Virus record (IMG/VR): IMGVR_UViG_3300029288_000055
Location: 298,764 to 362,763 of that record
Source of the DNA: a virus
Taxonomy: Duplodnaviria; Heunggongvirae; Uroviricota; Caudoviricetes
Strand: one strand, 5' to 3'
Length of the DNA stretch: 64,000 bases
The notes below the pieces were generated by a model. That model searched no databases and had not been told where the DNA came from. It saw nothing but the letters and a program-made list of their open reading frames with translations. Below, one piece after another: positions 1 to 9,512 of the stretch. Position 1 is the stretch's first letter. Every line of letters begins with the position of its first letter. The position numbers were made by a program, and so were the translations under genes.

Positions 1-152
1 ATAGTAAAAAGATTTACTCGAAGACACCAACAGAAGAACAGATTAATGAATTTATTGAAACCTGTACAAATAGTTTACATCCTTTTAATTTTTATGATTT
101 AGAGAAAGAAGAATTGGTAATTAAAATAATTGAATTACAGTTAATAGACTGA
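1..152 (+). CDS. 3' end of an upstream gene, truncated by the window edge
   Basis: Frame 3 is open from the window start to a TGA at 150-152 (...ELVIKIIELQLID*). The next ATG follows at 155. Confidence 0.35.
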   Translation, partial: SKKIYSKTPTEEQINEFIETCTNSLHPFNFYDLEKEELVIKIIELQLID

Positions 153-154
153 TC

Positions 155-484
155 ATGACAACAAAGAAGAAAATAAATTTTACTTTTAAAACACATAGAC
201 CAACTGGTAATTATGCGTGGCTTTATAAGCCATATCATGATATTCTTTTAAATAAAAACAAGGTGGGTTCAATTGAACCAGTTAAGCCATTTTCAATCAG
301 ACTTATGGTTATGAAGGCAGATATCATGGAAGATGGCAATTCTAATTGCCCTTGGAAATGGATAACATTAAAGCATGAATCTGAATTACTGGATGATGCA
401 AAGACATTTTTAAATGAAAGTATTGATATAATATTAACAAAATATAAAATAAGAGAATATAAAATCAAAAATAATGAGAAATAA
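155..484 (+). CDS. hypothetical protein (109 aa)
   Basis: ORF track. Co-oriented and tightly packed. No recognisable motif. Confidence 0.5.
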   Translation: MTTKKKINFTFKTHRPTGNYAWLYKPYHDILLNKNKVGSIEPVKPFSIRLMVMKADIMEDGNSNCPWKWITLKHESELLDDAKTFLNESIDIILTKYKIREYKIKNNEK

Positions 485-848
485 TACAATTTTTTTGAAT
501 CATGGAGCTGATTGGCTCAGTAATTTACAACAAGGAGGATTTTGTGGATGTCAATCTGGTCGTGATTCACGTTCAATTAAACAAAAAACTATTGAAGAAA
601 TAGATAAAGTCTTGAAGAAGCGAAAAAAATTTTATGTTTCTTCTGACTTTCCCTTCGTTCAATTAATCGGATTTTATCTTACTTATAAAGCAAAGATAAT
701 GAATCAATATCTTATTGAGAAGGGTTATACTATGGTTCAAGCAAAAGATGTTGACTTGAACACACTTACCAAACAGTCTGATGTTAAGGTAAGGGCAAAT
801 CGTAATATCTGGATAAAAACAGAGAATTATATTAACTATAAAAAATAG
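474..848 (+). CDS. hypothetical protein (124 aa)
   Basis: ORF track. Overlaps the previous gene by 11 nt. Confidence 0.5.
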   Translation: MRNNTIFLNHGADWLSNLQQGGFCGCQSGRDSRSIKQKTIEEIDKVLKKRKKFYVSSDFPFVQLIGFYLTYKAKIMNQYLIEKGYTMVQAKDVDLNTLTKQSDVKVRANRNIWIKTENYINYKK

Positions 849-853
849 AATAA

Positions 854-1042
854 ATGGCAAAAATTAAAGAAACAATTTCTACACCAACCACAACTCGCAA
901 GATGTTGAAAAATAAGATTAAAGAAGGTCTTGAAGAATGTTGTGATTATGGTATAAAAAAAGAATTTACCAATGAAGTTTTAAATGAATTAATAAAACCA
1001 TTGGTAGCACATCTGGAAATCCTTGGCATTAACGTAAAATAA
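854..1042 (+). CDS. hypothetical protein (62 aa)
   Basis: ORF track. Packed between neighbouring genes. Confidence 0.4.
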   Translation: MAKIKETISTPTTTRKMLKNKIKEGLEECCDYGIKKEFTNEVLNELIKPLVAHLEILGINVK

Positions 1043-1047
1043 ATAGC

Positions 1048-1335
1048 ATGAAAACATTTGAAGATTATTATAAGAAAAAACTCAAAAAAATTGCCAAATG
1101 TGCAAAAAGAGACAATGTTTCTATTGAAGAATTTTTGCGAATAAATTACAAAAAAACTGTTCTTGAATACAGAGAATGGCAAATGGGTTTTTATAATGCA
1201 AAAGATTGTCATTCGTTTTGGCACAGGGAATGTACAAACAAAGGCATTGAATGTCATAAATGTTGTCACTATTATTCAATTGCTGAATGGGACAAAATGA
1301 CTAATAAAGAGAGAAATAATATAAAAAATGATTAA
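1048..1335 (+). CDS. hypothetical Cys/His-rich protein (95 aa)
   Basis: ORF track. Contains CHSFWHRECTNKGIECHKCCHY, a possible Zn-binding stretch. Confidence 0.5.
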   Translation: MKTFEDYYKKKLKKIAKCAKRDNVSIEEFLRINYKKTVLEYREWQMGFYNAKDCHSFWHRECTNKGIECHKCCHYYSIAEWDKMTNKERNNIKND

Positions 1336-1340
1336 AATAA

Positions 1341-2645
1341 ATGCCTTTTGATGTAACATTATTCAAACATTATTCGTATAATTGCATAGAAATGCATAAA
1401 CAAATAGATATTAATAGTATTAACCAACACAAATTTGAAATGAAAAAAATTAACATTCAGGCAGTTAAGATCGGTAACATGATAAATGTTTCAATTGATG
1501 GTAAATTAAATAAAAAGAATTGCAAATCAGCCGATGAAGCTAATACACTCTTTAAAGCTATTCTGAAAGCTAAAGAGAATCCGAATGAAGCAAACATTAA
1601 GGCATTTAAAATTCTTCTTAGTGAAAAATTAAGAATAGCCACTATCGCAGGTCTTGAAAGTGACCCACAAACTGGTGAGATTTTTCTTTGTGGTTTTAAT
1701 ACCCCAATCCCACAGGCATTGGTTGATGTCATTGAAGACTATGCAAAGAACAAGTATCCTATGGATGCTCTCATTAACTTTTGGAAACTCCTGATGATCA
1801 ATCCTGACAAGAGAATTCGTGAAAAATTATTCGATTTCATTAAAATTCATGATTTTTCAATTACAGATGCGGGTTACATGGTGGTTTATAAAGCTGTTGA
1901 TTATAAAGATGATGAACAACGTGACAAGACATTCGAAACCTTCATTTCAAACCAAGTACTCCATGTTAAAAAGGATTGGAAGTGCTCGCCTAAAAAATAT
2001 GCTGTCTATAAAAATCTTGAAAATGACGAGTATGGTATTGCCAAAGTTGAAGTCGTTTCAAATTGGGATGAGAGAGCAAAGAACATTGAAATTCTTGGTA
2101 ACCTTGATGAACTATTCAAAGCAATATTTGAAAATGATTACCCTGTAAATGATCTTGAGCATACAAAATCGGTTGTTTATACTGATATTCACAGTCATTC
2201 GATGATCATTGTACTTGGTAAACCTGTATATATGGAAAGAAAAGAATGTGATGGTGACCCGTCACTTGATTGTTCAATTGGATTACATTGCGGAAGTACA
2301 GATTATGTTAATCATTTTGCAAATGGTTGTGATGCAGTTCTTGTTTGTTATGTAAGTCCTGCAAATGTAATTTCAGTACCTTCATCTGAAACTTCAAAAA
2401 TTAGAGTTTCCGAATATTTTCCTGTCGGAGTTGCCACATATGAAAGTGGTAAAATAGACATAATCGAACAGAAATATTTTGAAGATGCTTATTGTGCTTA
2501 CGAGTTAGAAGAACTCAATGTAATGATTGAAAGGGTTAAGGCAGAAGAATTTCCTCTGGAAACAGCTAAGAAAGCAAAAGCTGAATCAAGACCAATGTCC
2601 GAGCTTAAGAAAATTTTGGAAACAAGACTCATAGATATCGAATAA
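1341..2645 (+). CDS. hypothetical protein (434 aa)
   Basis: Long ORF, followed by a terminator hairpin. No recognisable motif. Confidence 0.65.
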   Translation: MPFDVTLFKHYSYNCIEMHKQIDINSINQHKFEMKKINIQAVKIGNMINVSIDGKLNKKNCKSADEANTLFKAILKAKENPNEANIKAFKILLSEKLRIATIAGLESDPQTGEIFLCGFNTPIPQALVDVIEDYAKNKYPMDALINFWKLLMINPDKRIREKLFDFIKIHDFSITDAGYMVVYKAVDYKDDEQRDKTFETFISNQVLHVKKDWKCSPKKYAVYKNLENDEYGIAKVEVVSNWDERAKNIEILGNLDELFKAIFENDYPVNDLEHTKSVVYTDIHSHSMIIVLGKPVYMERKECDGDPSLDCSIGLHCGSTDYVNHFANGCDAVLVCYVSPANVISVPSSETSKIRVSEYFPVGVATYESGKIDIIEQKYFEDAYCAYELEELNVMIERVKAEEFPLETAKKAKAESRPMSELKKILETRLIDIE

Positions 2646-2681
2646 AGCATTGTTTGTTGTCATGTTATATGAGTGAGAACG

Positions 2682-2722
2682 CTCCCTGTATTTAAACCTC
2701 AATGTACAGGGAGATTCTTTTT
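2682..2722 (+). terminator. rho-independent terminator
   Basis: Stem CTCCCTGTA ... TACAGGGAG with a 14-nt loop, followed by ATTCTTTTT. Lies directly after the 434-aa gene. Confidence 0.6.
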
Positions 2723-2738
2723 AAGTAATGTACAGAAT

Positions 2739-2770
2739 TTGTAACAAATCATAATCAATATACGTATAAG
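2739..2770 (+). promoter_or_regulatory. phage promoter-like motif TTGTAAC-N17-CGTATAAG
   Basis: TTGTAAC at 2739-2745 and CGTATAAG at 2763-2770. It sits 26 nt upstream of the ATG at 2797. Confidence 0.55.
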
Positions 2771-2796
2771 TAATACATAAATCAAAACCAATTATT

Positions 2797-2976
2797 ATGG
2801 AAAGTGAAGAATTAAATGAATTATACGAAAAAAGAAGAGATTTAGCAGAAAAAATTGCTAATTACTTTGGTAATGATGAACCAGATAACAATGATAGTGG
2901 TTATCAAGATTTGTTGACACAATTGGAAAGAATTGAGGGATTAATAGATGATTATATTGATGATCACGATAATTAA
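2797..2976 (+). CDS. small acidic hypothetical protein (59 aa)
   Basis: Not in the ORF track (below 60 aa). MESEELNELYEKRRDLAEKIANYFGNDEPDNND...DDHDN*. Preceded by the promoter motif. Confidence 0.4.
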   Translation: MESEELNELYEKRRDLAEKIANYFGNDEPDNNDSGYQDLLTQLERIEGLIDDYIDDHDN

Positions 2977-2994
2977 CATTTAAATTAAAATGAT

Positions 2995-3384
2995 ATGAAA
3001 AATTTAGTGTCACTTGTTTCTCCAATTTTAGCATTTGTTGTAATGATCTGTTCAGTAAGCTTTATTATTGCAATTGCTTCTCCTTTTTTAACTGAAAAGG
3101 ATATGAAAAAGTATGTCTTGGCTCATAAAGACATGATCAAAAAAGAAGGTAATATCTTAAAAATCCCAAGCACTGATTTTAAGTATTATACTGACATTAC
3201 ATTAAGACTTCTTGATACTAATGATAGCACATACCAAATAGTGTTTTGGGGTGACAGAGATAGTAAACTATGGGATTTTAAACTGGATAAACCTATCACA
3301 GTTACTATCCCATATAACAGATATAAAAATAAAAACGTTAATCTGGACGTAAAGGTATTTGAATTAATTAATAATTTTAAATAA
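2995..3384 (+). CDS. hypothetical protein with an N-terminal TM helix or signal peptide (129 aa)
   Basis: ORF track. Hydrophobic N-terminus LVSLVSPILAFVVMICSVSFIIAIA. Confidence 0.5.
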   Translation: MKNLVSLVSPILAFVVMICSVSFIIAIASPFLTEKDMKKYVLAHKDMIKKEGNILKIPSTDFKYYTDITLRLLDTNDSTYQIVFWGDRDSKLWDFKLDKPITVTIPYNRYKNKNVNLDVKVFELINNFK

Positions 3385-3391
3385 AAATATC

Positions 3392-3907
3392 ATGAAAAAA
3401 GAATGGCGAATTGGTAAGTTAGTAATTGGCAATCCATTTGGATTCTGTTGGCATATTATGTCTCTTATAAGTCTTATTGTTATTGTTGTGGGTGCATGTA
3501 CCATAAAGAAAACAGATGAAAGCACAATTGACCCTAAAGATCAATTTTATCGCAATTTTGATATGATAATTGTTAATATCAATGGTGCTGATACATATAT
3601 TGGTGGTTCAAGTACTTCGGTTAGTGACAGAGATAATCAGCAAACACAAAGTTGTAATGTTATCCTGCTTGAAACCACATACAGGTTTGAAGAAAAATAT
3701 GGTGTACATCATATGTACAGAGAGATCAACACTTGTAAAGACCCGACAGTTACTGAGGATACTAATGGGTGTGGTTGTGGACAAGGATTTCACATTGATA
3801 CTAAATGGCTTTACAATCATAAAGCAGGAGACGAAGTACACTTTGATTACATGCTTAAAAGAAAATTCTTTGAAAGCGAATTGCTCGATGCAAAAAGAAA
3901 TAAGTAA
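3392..3907 (+). CDS. hypothetical membrane-anchored protein (171 aa)
   Basis: ORF track. TM segment SLISLIVIVVGACTI. The stop codon abuts the TTGTAAC motif. Confidence 0.55.
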   Translation: MKKEWRIGKLVIGNPFGFCWHIMSLISLIVIVVGACTIKKTDESTIDPKDQFYRNFDMIIVNINGADTYIGGSSTSVSDRDNQQTQSCNVILLETTYRFEEKYGVHHMYREINTCKDPTVTEDTNGCGCGQGFHIDTKWLYNHKAGDEVHFDYMLKRKFFESELLDAKRNK

Positions 3908-3939
3908 TTGTAACCATATCTTGTCAATTTCCGTATAAG
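3908..3939 (+). promoter_or_regulatory. promoter-like motif TTGTAAC-N17-CGTATAAG
   Basis: TTGTAAC at 3908-3914 and CGTATAAG at 3932-3939. It sits 27 nt upstream of the ATG at 3967. Confidence 0.55.
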
Positions 3940-3966
3940 CATTATGTCTAACTAAAAATAATTATC

Positions 3967-4470
3967 ATGTTTAAAAAATCGGAAGAAAACGGTGAAGTGA
4001 AAGAAAATACAGGAAAACTAATAATGGGTTTAGCTGTTGTTTCTTTTTTGTTTTTTGTGAGTTACGATGTTATAACACATACTAACGGAAAAAAATTGGG
4101 CGAACCAGTTTCTATTCAGAAATACAATACTTTAGAGAAACGCATGAACTATCTTTACTATGAAAACATTGTAAAAAATCAAATACTTTATGATCTGGTG
4201 GTTACAAAGAAATTGGATTCTTCATTTGTATTTTTAGTGTCTGAGCATGTACCTTTGTTTATATTAAATTCTAAAGACAAAAATGTACTACCTGATAGTT
4301 TACCTGATAAAAGACTATTGGCATTGAAATTAAATGCTGTATGCGCTGACTGGTACGAAAGCATACCCTTTATGTTCATGGATGCAAAACATGATAGCGC
4401 ATGGGTGTTAAAGTCTGATAGTTATAAGATTTCAATAGAAATGGCAACCAAATTAAGAACCAAACGATAA
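3967..4470 (+). CDS. hypothetical protein with an N-terminal TM helix (167 aa)
   Basis: ORF track. Confidence 0.55.
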   Translation: MFKKSEENGEVKENTGKLIMGLAVVSFLFFVSYDVITHTNGKKLGEPVSIQKYNTLEKRMNYLYYENIVKNQILYDLVVTKKLDSSFVFLVSEHVPLFILNSKDKNVLPDSLPDKRLLALKLNAVCADWYESIPFMFMDAKHDSAWVLKSDSYKISIEMATKLRTKR

Positions 4471-4928
4471 TGATCGATAAACTCACGAACGCAATTTTTA
4501 CTGACCTGCTTTATGTAGGTACAAAGAAACCAATGGGATATCTCCCACTTTACACAATTGAGCAGTATGGTGGTGAGGGTGCATTAACTCAATTGATTCA
4601 TTGGACTAAAAATAATAATTATAATTGCAGATGTTGGGATGAACAGTTTTGTAGCATTCTTTCTGGTGCTTTATATGTTTGGGATGAATTAATGCTTGGA
4701 GAAGTACTTAATAAGTATAAAGATATTCTCATTGAGTCTGAAATTCCAATTGAACCAGAAGAATTTGTTAACTATATTGTAAAAAATACAGTTCTTTCAG
4801 AGGTAAATCTTCCTGTACATATCATTATAGGATATGCTTATAATGACAAACGTTTCAGAGGCAAGACACTTGAAGAAAATATTGCGATACGTGAGAAAGA
4901 CTCCGCATATGTAAAAATTAATAAATAA
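4470..4928 (+). CDS. hypothetical protein (152 aa)
   Basis: ORF track. ATGA-type overlap with the upstream gene. Confidence 0.55.
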   Translation: MIDKLTNAIFTDLLYVGTKKPMGYLPLYTIEQYGGEGALTQLIHWTKNNNYNCRCWDEQFCSILSGALYVWDELMLGEVLNKYKDILIESEIPIEPEEFVNYIVKNTVLSEVNLPVHIIIGYAYNDKRFRGKTLEENIAIREKDSAYVKINK

Positions 4929-4939
4929 TTAGAAAAAAT

Positions 4940-5272
4940 ATGAAAACAAAAGCATTTTTATTCGTTCTTTTCTTTGCAATTATAGCTGTTAGTTGTGCTG
5001 AAAAAGGTACGACACGTCAAAAATTAAACGGTGATGAAGTCACACTTCCTGATGAACTTAAAGGATTAAAAGTATTCACTGTTGCAACTGGTGGTGGCAA
5101 TTATGTTAAAGTTGCTGTACTTAATGGTCAGGTAAATTCACTTACCTATCCCGTTGGTAAATATCAACAAACTACAATTGTAGTTAATAAAGATCGTTAT
5201 AATGAAAGATTAATTGAAGCAGATAAAATCCTTTTTGAAAACGATGAAATGATTTTAATTAAAAAGAAATAG
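4940..5272 (+). CDS. putative lipoprotein (110 aa)
   Basis: Signal peptide MKTKAFLFVLFFAIIAVSC|AEKG with a lipobox Cys. Confidence 0.55.
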   Translation: MKTKAFLFVLFFAIIAVSCAEKGTTRQKLNGDEVTLPDELKGLKVFTVATGGGNYVKVAVLNGQVNSLTYPVGKYQQTTIVVNKDRYNERLIEADKILFENDEMILIKKK

Positions 5273-5274
5273 TT

Positions 5275-5700
5275 ATGTCAAAAATAATTATCTACAAGAA
5301 AACTGAACTCCTTAAGGCAATGAAACGTGTTTTAAAGGAGTATAAAAATAATATACATATTGCAAGTGTTGCTATCTGTCCTCTTTGTTTATTATATAAT
5401 AAGGACGATGATAAAAGGCATATAGGTCATGAATGTAGGTTATGCCCGATGCATGTTTTTCATAAGTCATATGAACATGGTGGAGATTTCTATTCTTGTA
5501 TAACTCGCAAATGCAAACCTGTTAATTGTGAAGAAGATTATACTAAGGACACAAATGAACTAAAAGCAGTAATTGACCTTTATGAAGAAGCAATAAATAC
5601 TGTTGAAGGCATGACAGCCAGTCAATTGAATGAACCAAAGGCATTCATGTTTTTAATTAAAATAGACAAACTGGTTGCAAAGAAATATTGTTTGGTGTAA
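5275..5700 (+). CDS. hypothetical Cys-rich protein (141 aa)
   Basis: ORF track. CPLC...HECRLCPMH...C..C. Confidence 0.5.
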   Translation: MSKIIIYKKTELLKAMKRVLKEYKNNIHIASVAICPLCLLYNKDDDKRHIGHECRLCPMHVFHKSYEHGGDFYSCITRKCKPVNCEEDYTKDTNELKAVIDLYEEAINTVEGMTASQLNEPKAFMFLIKIDKLVAKKYCLV

Positions 5701-5718
5701 CTTTTAATTAAAACTATA

Positions 5719-5964
5719 ATGGCAAAATTAATAAAAATTGATCATCAAGGACTTTATCAGTTAAGTCTTTCAGAACTGGAAAGTCTATATAGACTTATTG
5801 ATGAAGGAATGTATGATGGTAATTCTACAGAAGACATTGAAGTAGAAGCAGAAGGTTATCAATATGGTCATGGGGCATGGAAAGAAAAACTCAGAAAGCG
5901 TGAAAAACTACTCAAAGAAATAAAAGGATTTATTAGTACTAAAATTAATATAATTCTTTTGTAA
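5719..5964 (+). CDS. hypothetical protein (81 aa)
   Basis: ORF track. The TAA stop at 5962-5964 lies inside the TTGTAAC box. Confidence 0.45.
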   Translation: MAKLIKIDHQGLYQLSLSELESLYRLIDEGMYDGNSTEDIEVEAEGYQYGHGAWKEKLRKREKLLKEIKGFISTKINIILL

Positions 5965-5990
5965 CTAATCCAGATTAATTTACGTATAAG
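5959..5990 (+). promoter_or_regulatory. promoter-like motif TTGTAAC-N17-CGTATAAG
   Basis: TTGTAAC at 5959-5965 and CGTATAAG at 5983-5990. Confidence 0.55.
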
Positions 5991-6088
5991 TAACACAAGA
6001 AGTTCGTTAAGATAGCCAACTAATAAAGGAGTGGTCATCATCCCACCGATAAATATTGACAAATTTCTTTCACTTAAAACTTGAAATT

Positions 6089-6346
6089 ATGATAAAAACA
6101 ATCGGAGTACATGCAAATATTACAGAAGTCAACACATATGAATTTGATGTTCAGATTGACGAAAATGCTACAAAAGAACAGCAGGATACCGAAGCAAAAG
6201 AAAAAGTAAGAAAATTTCTTTCTGGTAATATTCCTTCTCCAAACATTGGTTCACCTTTCATTGATGGTGTTAAATGTATTGACGTGGACTATGGAGTTTA
6301 TTGTGTTAACAATGTTGAAGACGAAATCGAAGTAAACGAAGGTTAA
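6089..6346 (+). CDS. hypothetical protein (85 aa)
   Basis: The track ORF at 6056 opens with a TTG. The first in-frame ATG is at 6089 (MIKTIGVH...). Confidence 0.45.
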   Translation: MIKTIGVHANITEVNTYEFDVQIDENATKEQQDTEAKEKVRKFLSGNIPSPNIGSPFIDGVKCIDVDYGVYCVNNVEDEIEVNEG

Positions 6347-6348
6347 TT

Positions 6349-6699
6349 ATGGCAAATTATTTTGCAGAAATAGTAAATAAGGCACTTGATGAAAAGTGGG
6401 CGAAAGAGGCTAAAACTCTGAAAAATGCTGACTTCAAGATGTACTACGATAAAGGACAAATGAGAAACATTTGGGTTCTCGGTTACTTCGGTGGCGGTGC
6501 TGTAAATATTACAAATGCCCTTGCACTGGCTAATGAATATGCCAAAAAAACAGGTGTTCCTGTAGAAACTGTTTGTATTGATGAAGTTTTATCTTCCAGA
6601 AGATTCAAAGGATTTAAATACATGTACTCTACCCAATTTCAAAAGAAAGTCAAAAGTGCTGTTGAAATGGAAAACGTTCATCAATGGTTAAGGGACTAA
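6349..6699 (+). CDS. hypothetical protein (116 aa)
   Basis: ORF track. Overlaps the stop of the upstream gene. Confidence 0.55.
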   Translation: MANYFAEIVNKALDEKWAKEAKTLKNADFKMYYDKGQMRNIWVLGYFGGGAVNITNALALANEYAKKTGVPVETVCIDEVLSSRRFKGFKYMYSTQFQKKVKSAVEMENVHQWLRD

Positions 6700-6703
6700 G
6701 ATC

Positions 6704-6907
6704 ATGGAAGACAAAAAATTCATATTTGCAGTTATTTATCTTCTCATTGGCTTATTCTGTTGTGCTTGGGGAACGGTTGTTTATTATTCAACTCCCAAAT
6801 TAATGGAGATAACAAAACTTGCACTTAAAGCATCATGGATTCAATTTCTGGTTGCTTTTGTATGTTTTATGATAGCAAGATTCTTTTATTTAAAAAGCAC
6901 TAAATAG
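6704..6907 (+). CDS. small membrane protein (67 aa, 2 TM)
   Basis: Two hydrophobic helices. Confidence 0.5.
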   Translation: MEDKKFIFAVIYLLIGLFCCAWGTVVYYSTPKLMEITKLALKASWIQFLVAFVCFMIARFFYLKSTK

Positions 6908-6909
6908 TC

Positions 6910-7203
6910 ATGGGAACAATACGTAATACCAGTAAACAATACAAGAATGAGCTTCGCAGAATAAACATGGAGAAGTTTGCTCTTGAAAATCGTATTAAAG
7001 CAAGGGCAAGTGATCTTATTGAAAGATTTCCCTATGTTATTATCGTTGAAAATTACATGGGTTCAAAAGGTAATTTACTTGCAAAAAATTGTCAGGATTT
7101 AGATCAATACAATATTGATCGAATACTTGATTTTATTGAAATTATTGAAGCAGATATTGCCAATAAACATCAGTACAAACAAATAAGAATTGAAGGTTTT
7201 TAA
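6910..7203 (+). CDS. hypothetical protein (97 aa)
   Basis: ORF track. The stop codon abuts a CTGTAAC box. Confidence 0.5.
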   Translation: MGTIRNTSKQYKNELRRINMEKFALENRIKARASDLIERFPYVIIVENYMGSKGNLLAKNCQDLDQYNIDRILDFIEIIEADIANKHQYKQIRIEGF

Positions 7204-7235
7204 CTGTAACCTTTTAAATACAATTTTCGTATAAG
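7204..7235 (+). promoter_or_regulatory. promoter-like motif CTGTAAC-N17-CGTATAAG
   Basis: Variant first box. It sits 25 nt upstream of the ATG at 7261. Confidence 0.5.
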
Positions 7236-7260
7236 CATTATAATCAATAAATATAAAGCT

Positions 7261-7761
7261 ATGGATTTCAAATCAAAAAGACTTTACAAAAAAAGAGCAA
7301 AACAATATTTTTGTTTGGCTTGGGGATTAACATTTTTATTCTTTCTATTTGGAATGGCATGTATTATAGCACTTGTTACATCAACCCATCTTATTGACAA
7401 TTCTAAAGGTGATGGTTTTGGGATAATGTTATTATTTGTATCTCCATTAATTTTTGCTATGATATCTGGCATTATCGGTCAATTCTTTGTAGATAGAAGG
7501 TGTAAATATAAAGCACAAATTCTTGAATATCGCCAGAGGAAATTCTTTACACAGACTATGAATTTAATTACATCGGGTAAATTAAATGAAGCCATTGATG
7601 TATATACAGAATTAGTTACTAAACAAGATTTCCGCAGGTTCTTATATCCATTTTTTCTTAACGAATTCTTACATTCAACTAATGAAGATCAAAAGAAAAA
7701 AGGTGAAGAAAAACTGGCTACAGTACTTGAAATATATAATCCAAATGATGTAAAATTTTAA
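7261..7761 (+). CDS. membrane protein (166 aa, about 3 TM)
   Basis: ORF track. Hydrophobic helices. Confidence 0.55.
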   Translation: MDFKSKRLYKKRAKQYFCLAWGLTFLFFLFGMACIIALVTSTHLIDNSKGDGFGIMLLFVSPLIFAMISGIIGQFFVDRRCKYKAQILEYRQRKFFTQTMNLITSGKLNEAIDVYTELVTKQDFRRFLYPFFLNEFLHSTNEDQKKKGEEKLATVLEIYNPNDVKF

Positions 7762-7763
7762 TT

Positions 7764-7943
7764 ATGCAAGCATCTATAAAAATACCAATAGCCAGTGATA
7801 AACTGATCACATGGTTGGAGAAAAGAAAAACCAGACTCCAGAAAGAACATAATGAAGCAAAGACCCTTAAAATTAAAATAAATAAGGGTGTTCAGTTGAA
7901 ACAAGTAAAAAATTGCTTGGATTATATTTATACACATTTGTAA
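7764..7943 (+). CDS. small basic hypothetical protein (59 aa)
   Basis: Not in the track. MQASIKIPIASDKLITWLEKRKTRLQKEHNEAKTLKIK...*. The TAA stop is embedded in the TTGTAAC box. Confidence 0.35.
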   Translation: MQASIKIPIASDKLITWLEKRKTRLQKEHNEAKTLKIKINKGVQLKQVKNCLDYIYTHL

Positions 7944-7969
7944 CTTATAATAACCACAACTCGTATAAA
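7938..7969 (+). promoter_or_regulatory. promoter-like motif TTGTAAC-N17-CGTATAAA
   Basis: It sits 22 nt upstream of the ATG at 7992. Confidence 0.5.
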
Positions 7970-7991
7970 TCATTACACATTAATTATTATC

Positions 7992-8426
7992 ATGAAAAAA
8001 GCAAAATGGGTTTTTCAATTTTATAAAAGTTATTGTTTTAAATTAATTCCGAATTTCCGTAAAAATAAACTTTTATGGAAAGATAAATTTGAATCTCCAA
8101 GATGTGAACTAATTCCACAATTCAGATTTGAATGGTTATGGTTTGGTTTTTATGGTGCGCAAGGCAATGATGAATATTGGGAGCAATGGTTATGGTTATA
8201 TAAATACTGTAATGGTAATATTGAGAAAGCAAAAGAAACATGGGGATGGACGGATTATTATACTAAAAAGTCCACATGGAATGAATTATATGTTAAGTCA
8301 CCAATTGATTATGTCAGTAAAACTGATAGATTTTGTATGGATGGTGATGGTAACCCTCTTGATGATTATGGTACTGGTTTAGGTGGTCACCCTCTGACAC
8401 TTAAAGAATTTAAAGAAAAGCATTAA
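7992..8426 (+). CDS. hypothetical Trp-rich protein (144 aa)
   Basis: ORF track. Multiple W/Y repeats (WLW, YWEQWLWLYKY). Confidence 0.55.
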   Translation: MKKAKWVFQFYKSYCFKLIPNFRKNKLLWKDKFESPRCELIPQFRFEWLWFGFYGAQGNDEYWEQWLWLYKYCNGNIEKAKETWGWTDYYTKKSTWNELYVKSPIDYVSKTDRFCMDGDGNPLDDYGTGLGGHPLTLKEFKEKH

Positions 8427-8464
8427 AATAAAATTTAAACGTTTTTAATTAAAAACAAACAGCT

Positions 8465-8590
8465 ATGATAACAATAACAAATACACAAGCATTATTAATA
8501 ATTGGATTAATCCTTTTAGCAGGACTTATCTTTGGACTGGTTGGTGCTTACTTCTCAGGAACATTTCCTTTCAAGAAAAGACAATATTAA
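8465..8590 (+). CDS. small hydrophobic peptide (41 aa)
   Basis: Not in the track. MITITNTQALLIIGLILLAGLIFGLVGAYFSG... forms a single TM helix. Confidence 0.3.
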   Translation: MITITNTQALLIIGLILLAGLIFGLVGAYFSGTFPFKKRQY

Positions 8591-8621
8591 TATTATTAGA
8601 ACACATACATTTAATTGTAAA

Positions 8622-9125
8622 ATGAATACTACAACAAAAACAGATATTATTAAAACCGCAAAGAAAATTGAGTGTAAAGATTGTGGTAAAGGAATTGCTA
8701 TGTGCAATTTAAGACCTTGCTGGGGAACTGTTAAAGATTTTAAAAAAATCATCAAAGCAGGACATGCCAAAAAATTAATGATTGATTATTATTCCAATGA
8801 TAAAATAAATAATGGTGAAAAAATTTATTTTCTTTCGGGTGCAAGCAATCATAATCAATGTTCAAAAGCAGATTGGAATCCCAAAGGTACATGTATATTT
8901 CTTGTAAATAATAAATGTAATATTCATAATATTAAGCCAACTATGGGTGCTGTTATGTGTTGTAAAATTAAACAAGATAAAAGTTTAATGCATGCATGTT
9001 TAATGACATGGTTAACTAAAGAAGGTTTAAAATTAATTGAAGACTGGAAAAAAATGGTTAATTATGTAAATAAAGATGATGATGAAGGATTTAATCTTTA
9101 TGATGCAATGACGTTATTATTCTGA
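8622..9125 (+). CDS. hypothetical Cys-rich protein (167 aa)
   Basis: The track ORF at 8532 is probably N-extended. The ATG at 8622 gives MNTTTKTD... Contains CKDCGKGIAMCNLRPC. Confidence 0.5.
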   Translation: MNTTTKTDIIKTAKKIECKDCGKGIAMCNLRPCWGTVKDFKKIIKAGHAKKLMIDYYSNDKINNGEKIYFLSGASNHNQCSKADWNPKGTCIFLVNNKCNIHNIKPTMGAVMCCKIKQDKSLMHACLMTWLTKEGLKLIEDWKKMVNYVNKDDDEGFNLYDAMTLLF

Positions 9126-9145
9126 TTTTAAATAATAAAAAATTT

Positions 9146-9511
9146 ATGAAAATACATACATCTATAACATTGCCGGTTGTTAACATTAAACTTTTAATCA
9201 TTGAAGTTGATGATAATAAAGTTAAAAATAGTTTTGACAACAGGTTTCAATTAGCTGTTGAATTCAGAGGCAAAAGATTTTTTCCAAAAAACAAACAAAA
9301 ATTTTTGCAATTCGAAGATAATAATTACCTTTATACCATGTTAACAAACAAACTTGGCACAGAAACTTATCTTAATTCTGAACTTTTTTTCAGCTTAAAG
9401 CTGTGCGACAGATTGTTAGAAGATGTTAATACAGAAGCAATGCATTATATATCATTATATAATCAAGGTACTGATCTCAAGAAAGAACTTAAGAAAACCT
9501 ATAAATTTTAA
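9146..9511 (+). CDS. hypothetical protein (121 aa)
   Basis: ORF track. Confidence 0.5.
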   Translation: MKIHTSITLPVVNIKLLIIEVDDNKVKNSFDNRFQLAVEFRGKRFFPKNKQKFLQFEDNNYLYTMLTNKLGTETYLNSELFFSLKLCDRLLEDVNTEAMHYISLYNQGTDLKKELKKTYKF

Positions 9512-9512
9512 G

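Noticed and set aside
1457-1732. Antisense or shadow ORFs inside larger genes (for example 1457..1732 -, 1819..2148 +, 3570..3938 +, 10571..10939 -, 38504..39154 +, 32288..32698 +)
   Set aside because: They lie fully inside longer, co-oriented, better-supported ORFs on the opposite strand or frame. AT-rich DNA with few stops in some frames generates them.
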